Source of the DNA: an uncultured Gaiellaceae bacterium
Lineage (GTDB): Bacteria > Actinomycetota > Thermoleophilia > Gaiellales > Gaiellaceae
Direction: 5' to 3'
NCBI GenBank assembly: GCA_963799615.1
Contig: CAWCXS010000003.1
Span: forward strand, 18,250 to 82,249
Length of the DNA stretch: 64,000 nucleotides
Numbering within the stretch: the stretch's first letter is position 1; each line of letters starts with the position of its first letter. This document shows, one piece after another, positions 39,611-49,552 of the stretch. The notes under the pieces are model-generated. The model was not told where the DNA came from, did no database searches, and worked only from the letters and a program-made list of their open reading frames with translations. Both the position numbers and the translations under genes were made by a program.

Positions 39611-40786
39611 CTAGCGCAACGCCGACGCAGCCGCCGGCGCGGTCAGATCGTCCGTCGTCGAAGGGCTGCCGGCCGGTGCGGCGGCGGCCGCCGCCTCACG
39701 TTCGTACGCCGCCTTGTCCTTCTCGGCCCGTTCGAGCGCGACCAGAAAGTCGTGCCGGTTCGTGGCGGCATTCGAGGCGACATCACGGTCCACCTCGCCG
39801 GCGATGACGAGCTCGATCAGGGACTGGGCGAACGTCCGCATGTCGTAGAACTCTCCGGCGGCGATCGCGTCGGTGATCTCGTCAGGCCGGTTTTCGCGAA
39901 TCAGGTCCTGGATGCGCGCGTTGCTCACCATCACCTCGACGGAGGGGACTCTGCCGCCGTCGACGCGCGGCAACAGGCGCTGGCTGATCACGCCGCGCAG
40001 CGTGCCCGCGAGGATCGAGCGGATCTGCTGCTGCTTCGCGGGCGGGAAGAACTCGATCATGCGTCCCACCGTCTCCGCCGCGTCGATCGTGTGCAGCGTC
40101 GAGAAGACGAGGTGGCCGGACTCGGCGGCCTGCAGTGCGGTGTGCGCGGTTTCGGTGTCGCGAAGCTCGCCGATCAGGATCACATCCGGGTCTTGACGCA
40201 GCACCCGCCGCAACGCCTGCTCGAAGCTCAGCGTGTCGAGACCCACCTCACGCTGGTTGACGATGCAGCCGCGATCCGGATGGAGGATCTCGATCGGGTC
40301 CTCGATCGTGACGATGTGCTGGCGCCGCGTCCGGTTGACGTGGTCGAGCATCGACGCGAGCGTGGTCGTCTTACCCGAGCCGGTGGCGCCGGTGACGAGG
40401 ACGAGCCCGCGGCGCTCCTCGGCAAGGCGGGTGACGCCCGTCGGGAGGCCGAGCATCGAGAAGTTGGGGATCTCGCTCGGGATGACGCGAAACGCGAACG
40501 AGATCGCTCCGCGCTGGCGAAAGCCGTTGACCCGGAAGCGGGGCAGCGTCGGGTGCGAGAACGCGATGTCGAGGTCTCCGGTCTCCTCGAAGACGTCGCG
40601 CCGCTTGGGCGAGATCTGCGTGACGGCGTCGAGGACTGCCTCGAGGTCAGGCTCGGTGAGAGCGGGTGCGTCCTGCAGCTGCTCGAGGTCGCCGTCGAGC
40701 CGGACGACCGGCGGCTGACCGAGCTTGAGGTGAACGTCGCTGGCACCGCTGTCGACGGCGCGCTTGAGCATGGTGACGAGATCCAT
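39611..40786 (-). CDS. Second PilT/PilU-family ATPase
   Basis: GATGSGKTTT, TIEDPIE, LRQDPDVILIGELRD, STLHT, RIQDLIRE. Confidence 0.92.
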   Translation of the reverse strand: MDLVTMLKRAVDSGASDVHLKLGQPPVVRLDGDLEQLQDAPALTEPDLEAVLDAVTQISPKRRDVFEETGDLDIAFSHPTLPRFRVNGFRQRGAISFAFRVIPSEIPNFSMLGLPTGVTRLAEERRGLVLVTGATGSGKTTTLASMLDHVNRTRRQHIVTIEDPIEILHPDRGCIVNQREVGLDTLSFEQALRRVLRQDPDVILIGELRDTETAHTALQAAESGHLVFSTLHTIDAAETVGRMIEFFPPAKQQQIRSILAGTLRGVISQRLLPRVDGGRVPSVEVMVSNARIQDLIRENRPDEITDAIAAGEFYDMRTFAQSLIELVIAGEVDRDVASNAATNRHDFLVALERAEKDKAAYEREAAAAAAPAGSPSTTDDLTAPAAASALR

Positions 40787-40796
40787 ATGCCGGGTT

Positions 40797-40823
40797 CATC
40801 GGCACCGCGATGTGCGACCTTTA
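40797..40823 (-). promoter_or_regulatory. Sigma-28-like promoter of the PilT2-minor pilin operon
   Basis: TAAA-N16-GCCGATG. Confidence 0.75.
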
Positions 40824-40834
40824 CCCCTGGGGTA

Positions 40835-41968
40835 TCAGGCGGCCGAGCGCGCGAGCCGCGAGATCAGGCGGAGCGGCGGCCGAGCCAGCCCTCGCGCCTC
40901 GCCCGGATGACGAACATCGCCGTCGAGCAGCCCCGAGACGACACCGAACACGCCCGGCGACCGCGCAGCCCAGAAGCAGAACGAGGCGTGTCGATCGAGC
41001 GCCCGCTTTGCAGCCCAGGAGGCACCGGCATGGTGATCGAGGGCTGCGGCGAGGGCGGCCGGGTAGCCCGCGACGTCGTCCGTGAGAATCGCAGTGGCCG
41101 CAAGGCGTGCCGACGTGAAGGCCTCGTAGATGCCGTCGCCCGAGAGCGGATCGACGAGTCCCGCCGCGTCGCCGACGAGCAGCACCCGGTCTTTCGCGGG
41201 CACGGCAACGCCGAGGCGGCGCATCGGCAGCCGGTGGCCCCGGACGTCCGTGAGCCCGTCCACCGAGACGCCGTGGGCCTGGGCGAGCCGAGCGAGGTGA
41301 TTGCGCAAGCGCGGCCCCTCCCCCTCCCAGCCGCCCACCCCGAGGTTGGCGTGATCGCCTTTCGGGAACACCCAGCCGTAGCCACCGTCGGGCTGGCCGA
41401 GCTCGACGACGGCGGTCCCGGCGTAGCGCTTCCTGTCGAGCGCGTCCCACGAGATGTTCCCCTCGAGCGCCACGCCACGGACGATGCCGGGATCGAGGCC
41501 TGCGGCCCGGGCGACGACGCCGTTGGCGCCGTCGGCTCCGACGAGCACGTCGGCGTGGACTCGATCCCCGCCCACCGACGCCTGGATCCCCGTTCCTTCG
41601 AGCGCGATCGCGTCGACGCGGACACCGTCGCGGAACTCGGCTCCAGCGGCTGCTGCCTGCTCGGCCAGGAACGCATCGAGGTGACGCCGCTGCGTCATCA
41701 GGATCAGTGGCGTCTCGCTGCTGCGGCGGAACGAGCGGCCGAAGCGGAGTCGGAGCTCGAACGTGTCCACGGCGTGCTCGACGACGGGGGAAACGTCACA
41801 GGGCGCCTGCTTGAGCGCCCGGCCCGTGAGACCACCGCCGCACGGCTTGTCGCGGGGGAACCGGGCGCGGTCCGCGAGCAGCACGCGCGCTCCCTCGCGC
41901 GCGAGGCGGAGTGCGGTGGCGGAACCGGACGGGCCGGCGCCGGCCACGAGGACGTCGTAGTGGCTCAC
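40835..41968 (-). CDS. Geranylgeranyl reductase family FAD protein
   Basis: VAGAGPSG, DKPCGGG, GADGANG, YGWVFP, VGDAAGLVDPLSGDGI. Confidence 0.9.
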   Translation of the reverse strand: MSHYDVLVAGAGPSGSATALRLAREGARVLLADRARFPRDKPCGGGLTGRALKQAPCDVSPVVEHAVDTFELRLRFGRSFRRSSETPLILMTQRRHLDAFLAEQAAAAGAEFRDGVRVDAIALEGTGIQASVGGDRVHADVLVGADGANGVVARAAGLDPGIVRGVALEGNISWDALDRKRYAGTAVVELGQPDGGYGWVFPKGDHANLGVGGWEGEGPRLRNHLARLAQAHGVSVDGLTDVRGHRLPMRRLGVAVPAKDRVLLVGDAAGLVDPLSGDGIYEAFTSARLAATAILTDDVAGYPAALAAALDHHAGASWAAKRALDRHASFCFWAARSPGVFGVVSGLLDGDVRHPGEARGLARPPLRLISRLARSAA

Positions 41969-41972
41969 GACG

Positions 41973-43610
41973 TCATCGTAGGGACAACCGGGTCCTGCGA
42001 GGGCACCGCTCCGAGCTCTCGCAGCGGCGCAGGATCTCGACGCCGGGGACGGCTGTCCCGCTCTCCCGGCGCAGACGGATGAGCACGGACGCTGCATTGT
42101 TGGAGTAGCGCAGCTCGCGAATCCGTCCCTCCGGGTTCACCCGGTGCACCAGCACGTAGAGGCCGGCGGCGAGGCCCGTGATGTCGATCTCCTGCCCGTG
42201 GAAGAACGCGGGGTAGCGATCTGTGTATCCGATCGAGGACCCCTCCTCGACCCGGCGTGCCTGCGGGTCGCCGGCGGCGCAGTCCCCCGTGAATCGCTGG
42301 GGTCCGGGCACGATCCCGGGATGCGGCCGAGCATGACCCCAGCGGTCGAGAAGGCAGAAGCCGCTCTTGGTGTCCCGGGCGACGAATGCGTCGTCGCCCG
42401 CCCGGCGCAGCTCATATCGCTCGTAGGGCTGCAGGTGCCAATGGTGGTGTGGCGGATGCGGCTCGTACGCCAAGCGTCCGACCTCGCGCACGACGCGCAC
42501 CCCGCCGCCGCGCCGGTGGACGAGCTGATCCGCCCGCATCGTGCGAGAGGCCCCGACACGAGTGCCTCGGATGTGGATCGCGCCGGCACCGATGTTGTCG
42601 ACGGCCGAGGTGAAGCCGAGGGCCGTGCCCCGTTCTCTTGCCATGACGACGAGACCGCTCGGCGCGCGCTGGTCGAGATCCGGCAACAGCTCGGACGCGC
42701 TCGGAGCGATCGCGGCGTCGAGGGTGGACCAGCTCGGGGTGTCGTCGGCCTGCTGCAAGCCCGGCAGCTGCCGCTGGTGCGTGCCGTCGGCCCGCATCAG
42801 CCAGATGCGCCGCGCGCCGCCCCGCTCGCTGACGAATGTGAGCCGGCGACCGTCCTGCGACCAATTCGGACGGCCGTCGAAGGAGGGAGCGGTCGTCAGG
42901 CGCCGATGCGTGAAGCCGTCGAGCGAAACCATCCACACGTCGCTCGCAGAGCGGACGATCCCCGTGTACGCAAGACGGTTGTCGGTCGGGCTCCAGTCAG
43001 GCGCCCGCGCCCGGCCCGGCGTCGTGAGCAGCTCCGGCGTCCCGCCGGAGGAGCCTACGAGCCACAGCTGGTAGCGACCGCTCCGGTTCGAGGCGAACGC
43101 GATGCGCGAGCCGTCTGGCGACCAGGCGGGGTCGATGTCGTTGCCGGGACCGCCGGCAAGGCGGTGCTTGTGCGCACCATCCCGGTCCATGACGAACAGG
43201 TCGTGCGCGCCCGGCGATCCGCTCGCCCACACGATGCGCCGACCGTCAGGCGACCAGGACGGTTCGACATCCTCCGCCTGCGCGTTGTCGGTGAGGCGGC
43301 TGACGCGGCCCGTTGCCACGTCGGCGACGTAGATCTCGCTGCTGCCGTCGCGCGTGCTCGCGAAGGCGATGCGACGCCCGTCCTGCGAGGCAGTGGCACC
43401 CGTGTCTCCTGGAAGCACCCACGGCAGCTCGACCTGCGCAAGGCCGTCGGCAAGGGCAGCAATGGCACCGTGTGAGCCGACAGCGATCACGGCAGTCACT
43501 TCCCGTCGCGATGTGGTGGCAGCCCCGCCTGCAGGCACCGTCGGTACGGCGGCGCCCACGGCCAGGGCGACCACGAGCGCGAGACCAGTCGACCCGATCG
43601 CCGCCCGCAC
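41973..43610 (-). CDS. Secreted protein: TolB-like PD40 beta-propeller fused to a lysyl oxidase-like domain
   Basis: Signal peptide, multiple WSPDG repeats, then LPDLDQ...HPPHHHWH...TKSGFCLLD...GYTDRY...VNPE...ELRYSNN. Confidence 0.8.
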   Translation of the reverse strand: MRAAIGSTGLALVVALAVGAAVPTVPAGGAATTSRREVTAVIAVGSHGAIAALADGLAQVELPWVLPGDTGATASQDGRRIAFASTRDGSSEIYVADVATGRVSRLTDNAQAEDVEPSWSPDGRRIVWASGSPGAHDLFVMDRDGAHKHRLAGGPGNDIDPAWSPDGSRIAFASNRSGRYQLWLVGSSGGTPELLTTPGRARAPDWSPTDNRLAYTGIVRSASDVWMVSLDGFTHRRLTTAPSFDGRPNWSQDGRRLTFVSERGGARRIWLMRADGTHQRQLPGLQQADDTPSWSTLDAAIAPSASELLPDLDQRAPSGLVVMARERGTALGFTSAVDNIGAGAIHIRGTRVGASRTMRADQLVHRRGGGVRVVREVGRLAYEPHPPHHHWHLQPYERYELRRAGDDAFVARDTKSGFCLLDRWGHARPHPGIVPGPQRFTGDCAAGDPQARRVEEGSSIGYTDRYPAFFHGQEIDITGLAAGLYVLVHRVNPEGRIRELRYSNNAASVLIRLRRESGTAVPGVEILRRCESSERCPRRTRLSLR

Positions 43611-43666
43611 GCGGCTACTTCTATCACGGGCGCCCTTCCGAGGGACGCCGTTACAATGGCGCCCCT

Positions 43667-43748
43667 GCAGGGGTTCCCGAGTGGCCAAAGGGGGCGGGCT
43701 GTAAACCCGCTGGCTCAGCCTTCAGAGGTTCGAATCCTCTCCCCTGCA
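43667..43748 (+). tRNA. tRNA-Tyr(GTA)
   Basis: GCAGGGG/CCCCTGC acceptor stem, GCGGG-CTGTAAA-CCCGC anticodon arm, long variable arm, GGTTCGAATCC. TACAAT -10 at 43652; CCA not encoded. Confidence 0.95.
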
Positions 43749-44458
43749 TCGGCACGCGTCACGGCGGTGCTAGCAGAGCGGCGGGCGACGAACACGTACT
43801 CGCGGCTGTCATCGCCGAACGGCTCTTTGTGAAAACCGCCGAAGAGATCCTCGAGCTCGAGCCCGACAGCGTCGAGGAGCCCGAGCCATTCATTCCGTGT
43901 CGCCCACCACAAGGAGCTTGTGGCGCCGTCGTCGAGCGTGATGTCGATGCGGTTGTCGCCGACGGCATACCGGATCATGTGCGGAACGGGCTTCTCCTGG
44001 TGCTGTCCGTCGAGCCGGGCAGCGATCTCGTGATCGAACGCGAAGGCGTTCCAGGCGAACCGTCCGCCCGGTCGCAGGGCAGCGGCCACGCGTTCGAAGG
44101 TGCGGCGACGATCCGCCCAGGTCGGCAGGTGCAGCAGCGCACGGAAGGGGCAATAGATCAACGCAGCCTGCTCTTCCAGCGCGAGATCACGCATGTCGCC
44201 CTCGCGCAAGTCGAGCACCACGCCCGCCTCGACGGCCCGTTCGCGGGCCTGCTCGAGCATCATCGGCGAAGAGTCGATTCCGACAACCGTCCGGCCGGTC
44301 GCCTTCGCAACGGGAATGGCCACCCTGCCGTTGCCGACCGCGAGCTCGACGAGCGGTCCGTCGGCCTCGCGCGCAAGCTCGACGTAGAACGGCACGTCAC
44401 CTGTCATGTGCGACGACCATTCGTCGTAGCGGCGCGAAAACGCCTCGTCCCAGCTCAT
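43715..44458 (-). CDS. Class I SAM-dependent methyltransferase
   Basis: VELAVGNGR, GIDSS, GDMRDL, LRPGG. The C-terminus overlapping the tRNA may be a read-through artefact. Confidence 0.88.
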   Translation of the reverse strand: MSWDEAFSRRYDEWSSHMTGDVPFYVELAREADGPLVELAVGNGRVAIPVAKATGRTVVGIDSSPMMLEQARERAVEAGVVLDLREGDMRDLALEEQAALIYCPFRALLHLPTWADRRRTFERVAAALRPGGRFAWNAFAFDHEIAARLDGQHQEKPVPHMIRYAVGDNRIDITLDDGATSSLWWATRNEWLGLLDAVGLELEDLFGGFHKEPFGDDSREYVFVARRSASTAVTRADAGERIRTSEG

Positions 44459-44585
44459 CAGCCCATGCTAGGGCAGCTTTCGAGACGGATCACGCTCGGC
44501 AGGCGGTCGTGATGCTGACTCAGAAACTCGATGCGCCTGCTCGGAGGCGGAGCCGCATCTCGCAAGCGGCTAAGGTACGCAACTC

Positions 44586-44658
44586 GCCCTCTTAGCTCAG
44601 TTGGTAGAGCACCTCCATGGTAAGGAGGGGGTCGACGGTTCGAGTCCGTCAGAGGGCT
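44586..44658 (+). tRNA. tRNA-Thr(GGT)
   Basis: GCCCTCT/AGAGGGC acceptor stem, CCTCC-ATGGTAA-GGAGG anticodon arm, GGTTCGAGTCC. Confidence 0.95.
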
Positions 44659-44667
44659 TCCGCGAAC

Positions 44668-44691
44668 ACCCTGCTAATCGCGGGGTTTTTT
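44668..44691 (+). terminator. Intrinsic terminator after tRNA-Thr
   Basis: ACCCTGC-TAATC-GCGGGGT followed by a T-tract. Confidence 0.75.
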
Positions 44692-45041
44692 ATCTCTCAG
44701 GAGCCGCCGGAAGACGAAGCTCGGGCCGGATGCCCTTATTCCGCCCTTGCGGCGGTCGAAACGGTTACCGCAGGTGTTCGGCGGGATGTCGAAGGATGTG
44801 TTCGTCGGCTTCGCGTCGCTCACATCCACGATGATGTTGGCCGTGTGGTCGGGGAGGACGGCGAGCGGGATCCGATCACACGCCCCGCCATCAGCTAGTG
44901 GCCGGCCGGCGGCGTCGGGGTCGGTGTCGGAGTGCCGCCGGCAGAGCTCGGTCGGCGCGTCCGCTCAGGTCGTGGGCGCTTTCGAGGCCCGGTTTCCCCC
45001 AGGTTGCGGAATGACCCCCGAGCGGTGCGTGGTTCGCGACC

Positions 45042-46022
45042 TCATGTGGCGTCGCCGTCGAGGACCTGCGAAAGCCATTTCAGTGCCATCTGGTATCGCT
45101 CGTTCGCGCGCCCTCCGTGGTTGCCGGGATTCTCCCGGTGTTCGTGCGAGATGCCTGCCTCGGTCAGGTGGTGGCTGAGTAGGCGGTGGCCCCAATGCAG
45201 GTTGTAATCGTCGTTGGAGCCTGCGTCGAGCAAGATTCCGGACAGCTTCCGCAGGTTGTCGAGGCGTTCGTGAACGTTGACGACGGGATCGAAGCTCAGC
45301 CAACGGTTCCAGACCTCCTGGATGATTTCGCCGCTCGGGAAGGCGACCGGAAGGTCGACGTAGAAAGGTGGGTTGTCGGGATTCGGCGAGTAGGTCGCGG
45401 AGTAGTCGTAAACGATCTCCGACCAGTCGTTCCCCTCGACGGGGCCGTTCGGCGCCTCGGGCCAGATGCTGTCGAGGTACTTGTAGAGCAGGAACTTGTG
45501 TGTCATGTCGAGGAAGGAGTCGGCTGAGAGCACGGCCGTGGCGCCGAACACGTCGGGGTTGCGCGAGGCGAGGTTCCAGGCGCCGAATCCTCCGGACGAG
45601 AAGCCGAACACGCCGCGGCTTCGCCCAGCGGGAAGGGTGCGGTAGGCGGCATCGACGTACGGGATCACGTCGTGGAGCACGTACTGCTCGAAGTTGCCGG
45701 TCACCGGCGAGTCCACCCATTGGCCGCATCCGTAGCCTGAGGTGCCGTCTGGCATTACGACGATCATTGGCGGCACACCCATCCGGCCGAACACCGGGTC
45801 AAGGACGTCCTCAATCGGTGGCCGCCACCGCTGCCCGTCTGTGGCGGGCGTGACCATTTGTTCGGCGGTCTCGCCGTACGCGTGCAAGAGGTACGCCGTC
45901 GGATAGCGGCGCTCTGACTCCTCGTAGCCGGGAGGCAGATACACGAACAGGTCCCGTTCGCTTGGGTCCCCCAACAGGTTCCTGGCGAGTTGTGAACCCT
46001 CGATCCGCGAGTGCGTGATCAT
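45042..46022 (-). CDS. Putative esterase (alpha/beta hydrolase)
   Basis: VYLPPGY, GFSSGGFG nucleophile elbow, LDAGSND, GNHG. Confidence 0.88.
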   Translation of the reverse strand: MITHSRIEGSQLARNLLGDPSERDLFVYLPPGYEESERRYPTAYLLHAYGETAEQMVTPATDGQRWRPPIEDVLDPVFGRMGVPPMIVVMPDGTSGYGCGQWVDSPVTGNFEQYVLHDVIPYVDAAYRTLPAGRSRGVFGFSSGGFGAWNLASRNPDVFGATAVLSADSFLDMTHKFLLYKYLDSIWPEAPNGPVEGNDWSEIVYDYSATYSPNPDNPPFYVDLPVAFPSGEIIQEVWNRWLSFDPVVNVHERLDNLRKLSGILLDAGSNDDYNLHWGHRLLSHHLTEAGISHEHRENPGNHGGRANERYQMALKWLSQVLDGDAT

Positions 46023-46228
46023 CTTCGAGTCTCCCTTGTCGACTCACGCATGACCCTAATGCGCGACCACGGTCGGCGCGAACCGGAGCGTGAGCACTCG
46101 CCTGCGCCAGTGTTCGGGGATGTTGCTTGACCGCGGAGTCTGCGGCCCGAAGATCGGCACCGCGTCGAGGAAGCTCCCGCGCAGATCCGCCCGTAGGCGC
46201 TGCTGGCGCACTCAGCAGCTCTCGCCGT

Positions 46229-46944
46229 TCAGTTCTCGATCGTGACGAGCGTGCCGATCGGGGTGTAGGGCCAGAGCTTGGCTGCGGTTGCGAGTGGCAG
46301 CTCGACGCAGCCGAGGCTTTGCGGCGTGCCGAAGCTGGAGCGGTTGAAGGCGTGGAGCGCCTCGCCGTGGTTGAAGTAGCTGATCCAGCGGATTCCGGGG
46401 TCGTGGTAGTGGCTGCCGTCAGGGTTTGTGCCGCTCATCGTCCCCACCGGGATGTGCTCGAAGACCGGGAAGGTGCCGAGCTGGGTCGGCGCCGCCGGCA
46501 CCCCGGTGTTGCCGGGCGAGGTGAGGACTACCTTGCCGTCGTGCCAGAGGGTGAGCAGCTGTGGGACGCTGCGATGGACATAGACGTAGCTGTAGCCGGC
46601 GGTGCGCCGCCTGCCCGCGACCGCGTCGGCGAGGAGGGCGCGCCAGACCTGCGGGCCGACGAACGCGTCGACGTCGAGACGATGGTCGTGCTGGAACATC
46701 ATCACGGCGCCGCGAACGATCTCGTTCCACTTGCCGGTGCGCCAGATCCCCCGGAGTTCCTTCGGGGCGTTGGCGTAGGGCCAGCGGAAGCGCCCGGCGG
46801 GAGGGTCGATTGCCGCGGCGAGCTGGGCCTGTGGGGTCTGCTCGACTGTCGCGGCGGTTCTGGCACCGGGCTCGTCCTTGTCTGAACATCGTCTTCCACA
46901 CGTCGTAGTTGCCGACGTTGATGCGGGTCACGATAAAACGCCAT
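46229..46944 (-). pseudogene. L,D-transpeptidase C-terminal fragment joined to the first ~30 codons of an unrelated small protein
   Basis: PG-binding remnant plus YkuD (ALHAF...SLGCVEL). Upstream AGGAGG RBS and MAF/IVTRINVGNYDVWKTMF; no signal peptide. Confidence 0.6.
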
Positions 46945-47261
46945 TTACTACCTCCTGTTGGTGCCTCTCTAGGCGACGTACGACCCATCGTACGGCTTGC
47001 CTCTCTGCGAGGACGCGCCCATCCTCATGTGGCATTTGCGAACACTGGCGCAGACGCCGATCGTCTCGCATCAGTCTGGCCGCGACGGCGTATTCAGAGG
47101 AGCGCTAGCACGATGACTGTTGCCGCCGCTAGAAGGGGGTCGTCATCCAGACCGCAGCCATGAGCCGGTGGTTGCTCATATGCGACGCTCCAGGGAGAGG
47201 TCGCTCCGCCCAGAGCGGGGCAGGATCTGTGTTTGTCTTGAATTCTTATAAGATTGCGCAT

Positions 47262-47598
47262 GTGCCGTTTGCAGCGTCCCCGCTCTACGTCGCCAAGGCG
47301 ACGCTCTTTCGCACGCTCGGGCATCCCGCCCGGGTGCGGATTCTCGAGCTTCTCCGTGACGGGGAGCATTCCGTCGGGGCGCTGCAGGAGGCGCTTGGAT
47401 CTCGATTCCGGCGGTACGTCGCAGCATCTCGCGGCGCTGCGCCGGATCGGCCTCGTCGAGTCGCGCAGGGAGGGAACGAGCGTCTACTACCGCGCTTCCG
47501 ACCCGCAGGTGTTCGCCTTACTCGACGTCGGTCGAGCGCAGATCGCCCGGACGCTTCGCGAGCAGCAGGGGCTGCTCGAGGAGCTCGCGTCGGAGTGA
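47262..47598 (+). CDS. ArsR/SmtB regulator (Rv0081-like position); frameshift near 47397
   Basis: KATLFRTLGHPARVRILELL...SQHLAALRRIGLVESRREGTSVYY. Confidence 0.85.
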
Positions 47599-49552
47599 CC
47601 GTTCTCGTCGTCGGCGGCCTCTGGCCGCGCTCGCGGGCGGCGGCTCTGCTCTGCGCCTCGAGTGCGCGGCTCGCTAGCGGACTCTGGCTCCAGGCCGCTG
47701 GCAGCGCTCGCCTTCGGTGTGGCCGGGCTGTGGGCTCTCTGACTGGACGACACCTGGGGCTCGTCCTTCACGAGCGAGTCTGACGCCGCAGGCTGGGATC
47801 GACGGGCTGACGCGGCGTGTTCCTCGTCACGCTCGCGCTCGTCGCTTGCCCGGCGCTCGTCTACGCCTCGTCGTATGTGCCGCGCACCGACTGCCGGCCG
47901 GGTCACCGGCGTGCTCAGCGCGGCGTTCCTCCTCGCTCTGGTCGGGGTCCTGTGCGCGCGCGACGCGTTGTCGTTCCTCTTCTTCTGGGAGCTGATGACG
48001 CTCGTTCCGGCCGCGATCATCCTCGTCGGCAGCTCGACCGAGGCCGCGCGACACACGGTCTTCACCTACGTCGCGATCACGCATCTCGGCGGCGCTGGGA
48101 CCTGGATCGCCCTGCTCCTGCTCGCCCACGAGGGAGCGATCGGTAACCCGACGGCGCTGAGCCGAGGGCTCCGGCGTCCAGGCGGTGATCGCGGTCGCCG
48201 CGATCGTCGGGTTCGGGACGAAGGCCGGCCTGATGCCGATGCACGCCTGGCTTCCGCGAGCTCACCCGATCGCGCCGGCGTTTATCTCGGCGCTGATGAG
48301 CGGCGTCATGGTCGCGGTCGCCGCCTACGGGCTGATCCGTGTGCTCGTCGACTGGCTCGGCCCCGCCCCCTCCTGGGTCGGGGCGACGATGCTCGTCCTC
48401 GGCGGGCTGTCGGCGCTCGGCGGCATCACCTATGCGCTCTTCCAGCGCGATCTCAAGCGGCTGCTTGCCTACTCGACCGTCGAGCACCTCGGCGTCGTCG
48501 CGCTCGGGCTCGGCGCCTGTCTGCTGCTGCGCCGCCACGGCGCCGACGAGTGGGCCGCGTTCGCGCTCGGCGCCGCGCTCCTGCACATGGTCAACCACGC
48601 GGCGTTCAAGGCGCTTCTGTTTCTCGGCGCCGGCACGTTCGAGCGCGCGACGGGAGCGCTCGAGCTCGATCGCCTCGGCGGCCTGCTGCGGCGGCTGCCG
48701 TGGAGCGGCGGCGCGTTCCTCGTCGGCGCTCTCGCGATCGCCGGGATGCCGCTGCTGAACGGCTTCGCGTCGGAGTGGCTGACGCTGCAGGCGCTCCTCC
48801 ACGTCCCCGCCTACGCCGGGGTCTGGGACGGCACGCTCGGCGCGCTCGCGCTGGCGGCGCTCGCCGCGACGATGGCGATCGCCGTGCTCTGCTTCGTGAA
48901 GGTGATCGGCCTCGTCCTTCTCGGGCCGCCGCGCCGGTCGGCCTGCGCCGAGGCGGTCGAGCCGCCGGCGTCGATGCGCTGGGCGCTCGTCGCCCTCGCA
49001 GGCGCCTGCGTCGTTCTCGGCGCTGTTCCGGGGCTGCTCTTCTCGCGGCTCAGCGGTCTCGCACCCTGGGCCGACGGCGACGATGTCCCGGTCCGTCCCG
49101 GGCTCGAGCTTCCCGGGACGGGGAACCTGCCGACGCTCGGCTTCCTCGTCGTCGTCTGCGGCCTGACCGGGATTCTCTGGCTCGCGCGCGGCAGCCGCCG
49201 CGCCGCGTCAGCCCGACCTGGGCGAGCGGCCAGCCGGTCGAGCCGGCGCTGCTCTGGACGAGCGCCGGGTTCAGCAAGCCGCTCCGGCTCGTGCTCGAAG
49301 CGGTCCTGCGCCGCGAGCGGGAGATCGAGACGACGACGCAGCGGCGGGGTCGTGCAGGAGGTGTCGTACGCGGGGCGGGTGCCGCACCTGATCGACGCCC
49401 ACCTCTACCGGCCCGGTCACCGACGGCGCGCTGCTCGCGGCCGTCGTGGGCACGGCGCCTCCAGAGCGGCCGGCTCGGAACGTACGTCGCTGTATCTGAT
49501 CGGCCTCGTCGTCGTGCTGCTCCTCGCCGTCCGGATCGGTGCGATCGGATGA
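47595..49552 (+). CDS. HyfB/NuoL-like antiporter-type membrane subunit; several frameshifts
   Basis: FLFFWELM, GTKAGLMPMHAWLPRAHP.AP, LLAYSTVEH, NHAAFKALLF, GMPLLNGFASEW, CFVKVIG. Confidence 0.8.

Noticed and set aside
43715-43770. Functional antisense overlap of the methyltransferase with tRNA-Tyr
   Set aside because: The tail is low-information and a nearby TAG in another frame suggests an indel or trivial extension.
44700-45040. Integrase or att site next to tRNA-Thr
   Set aside because: No recombinase motifs and no repeat of the tRNA 3' end were seen.
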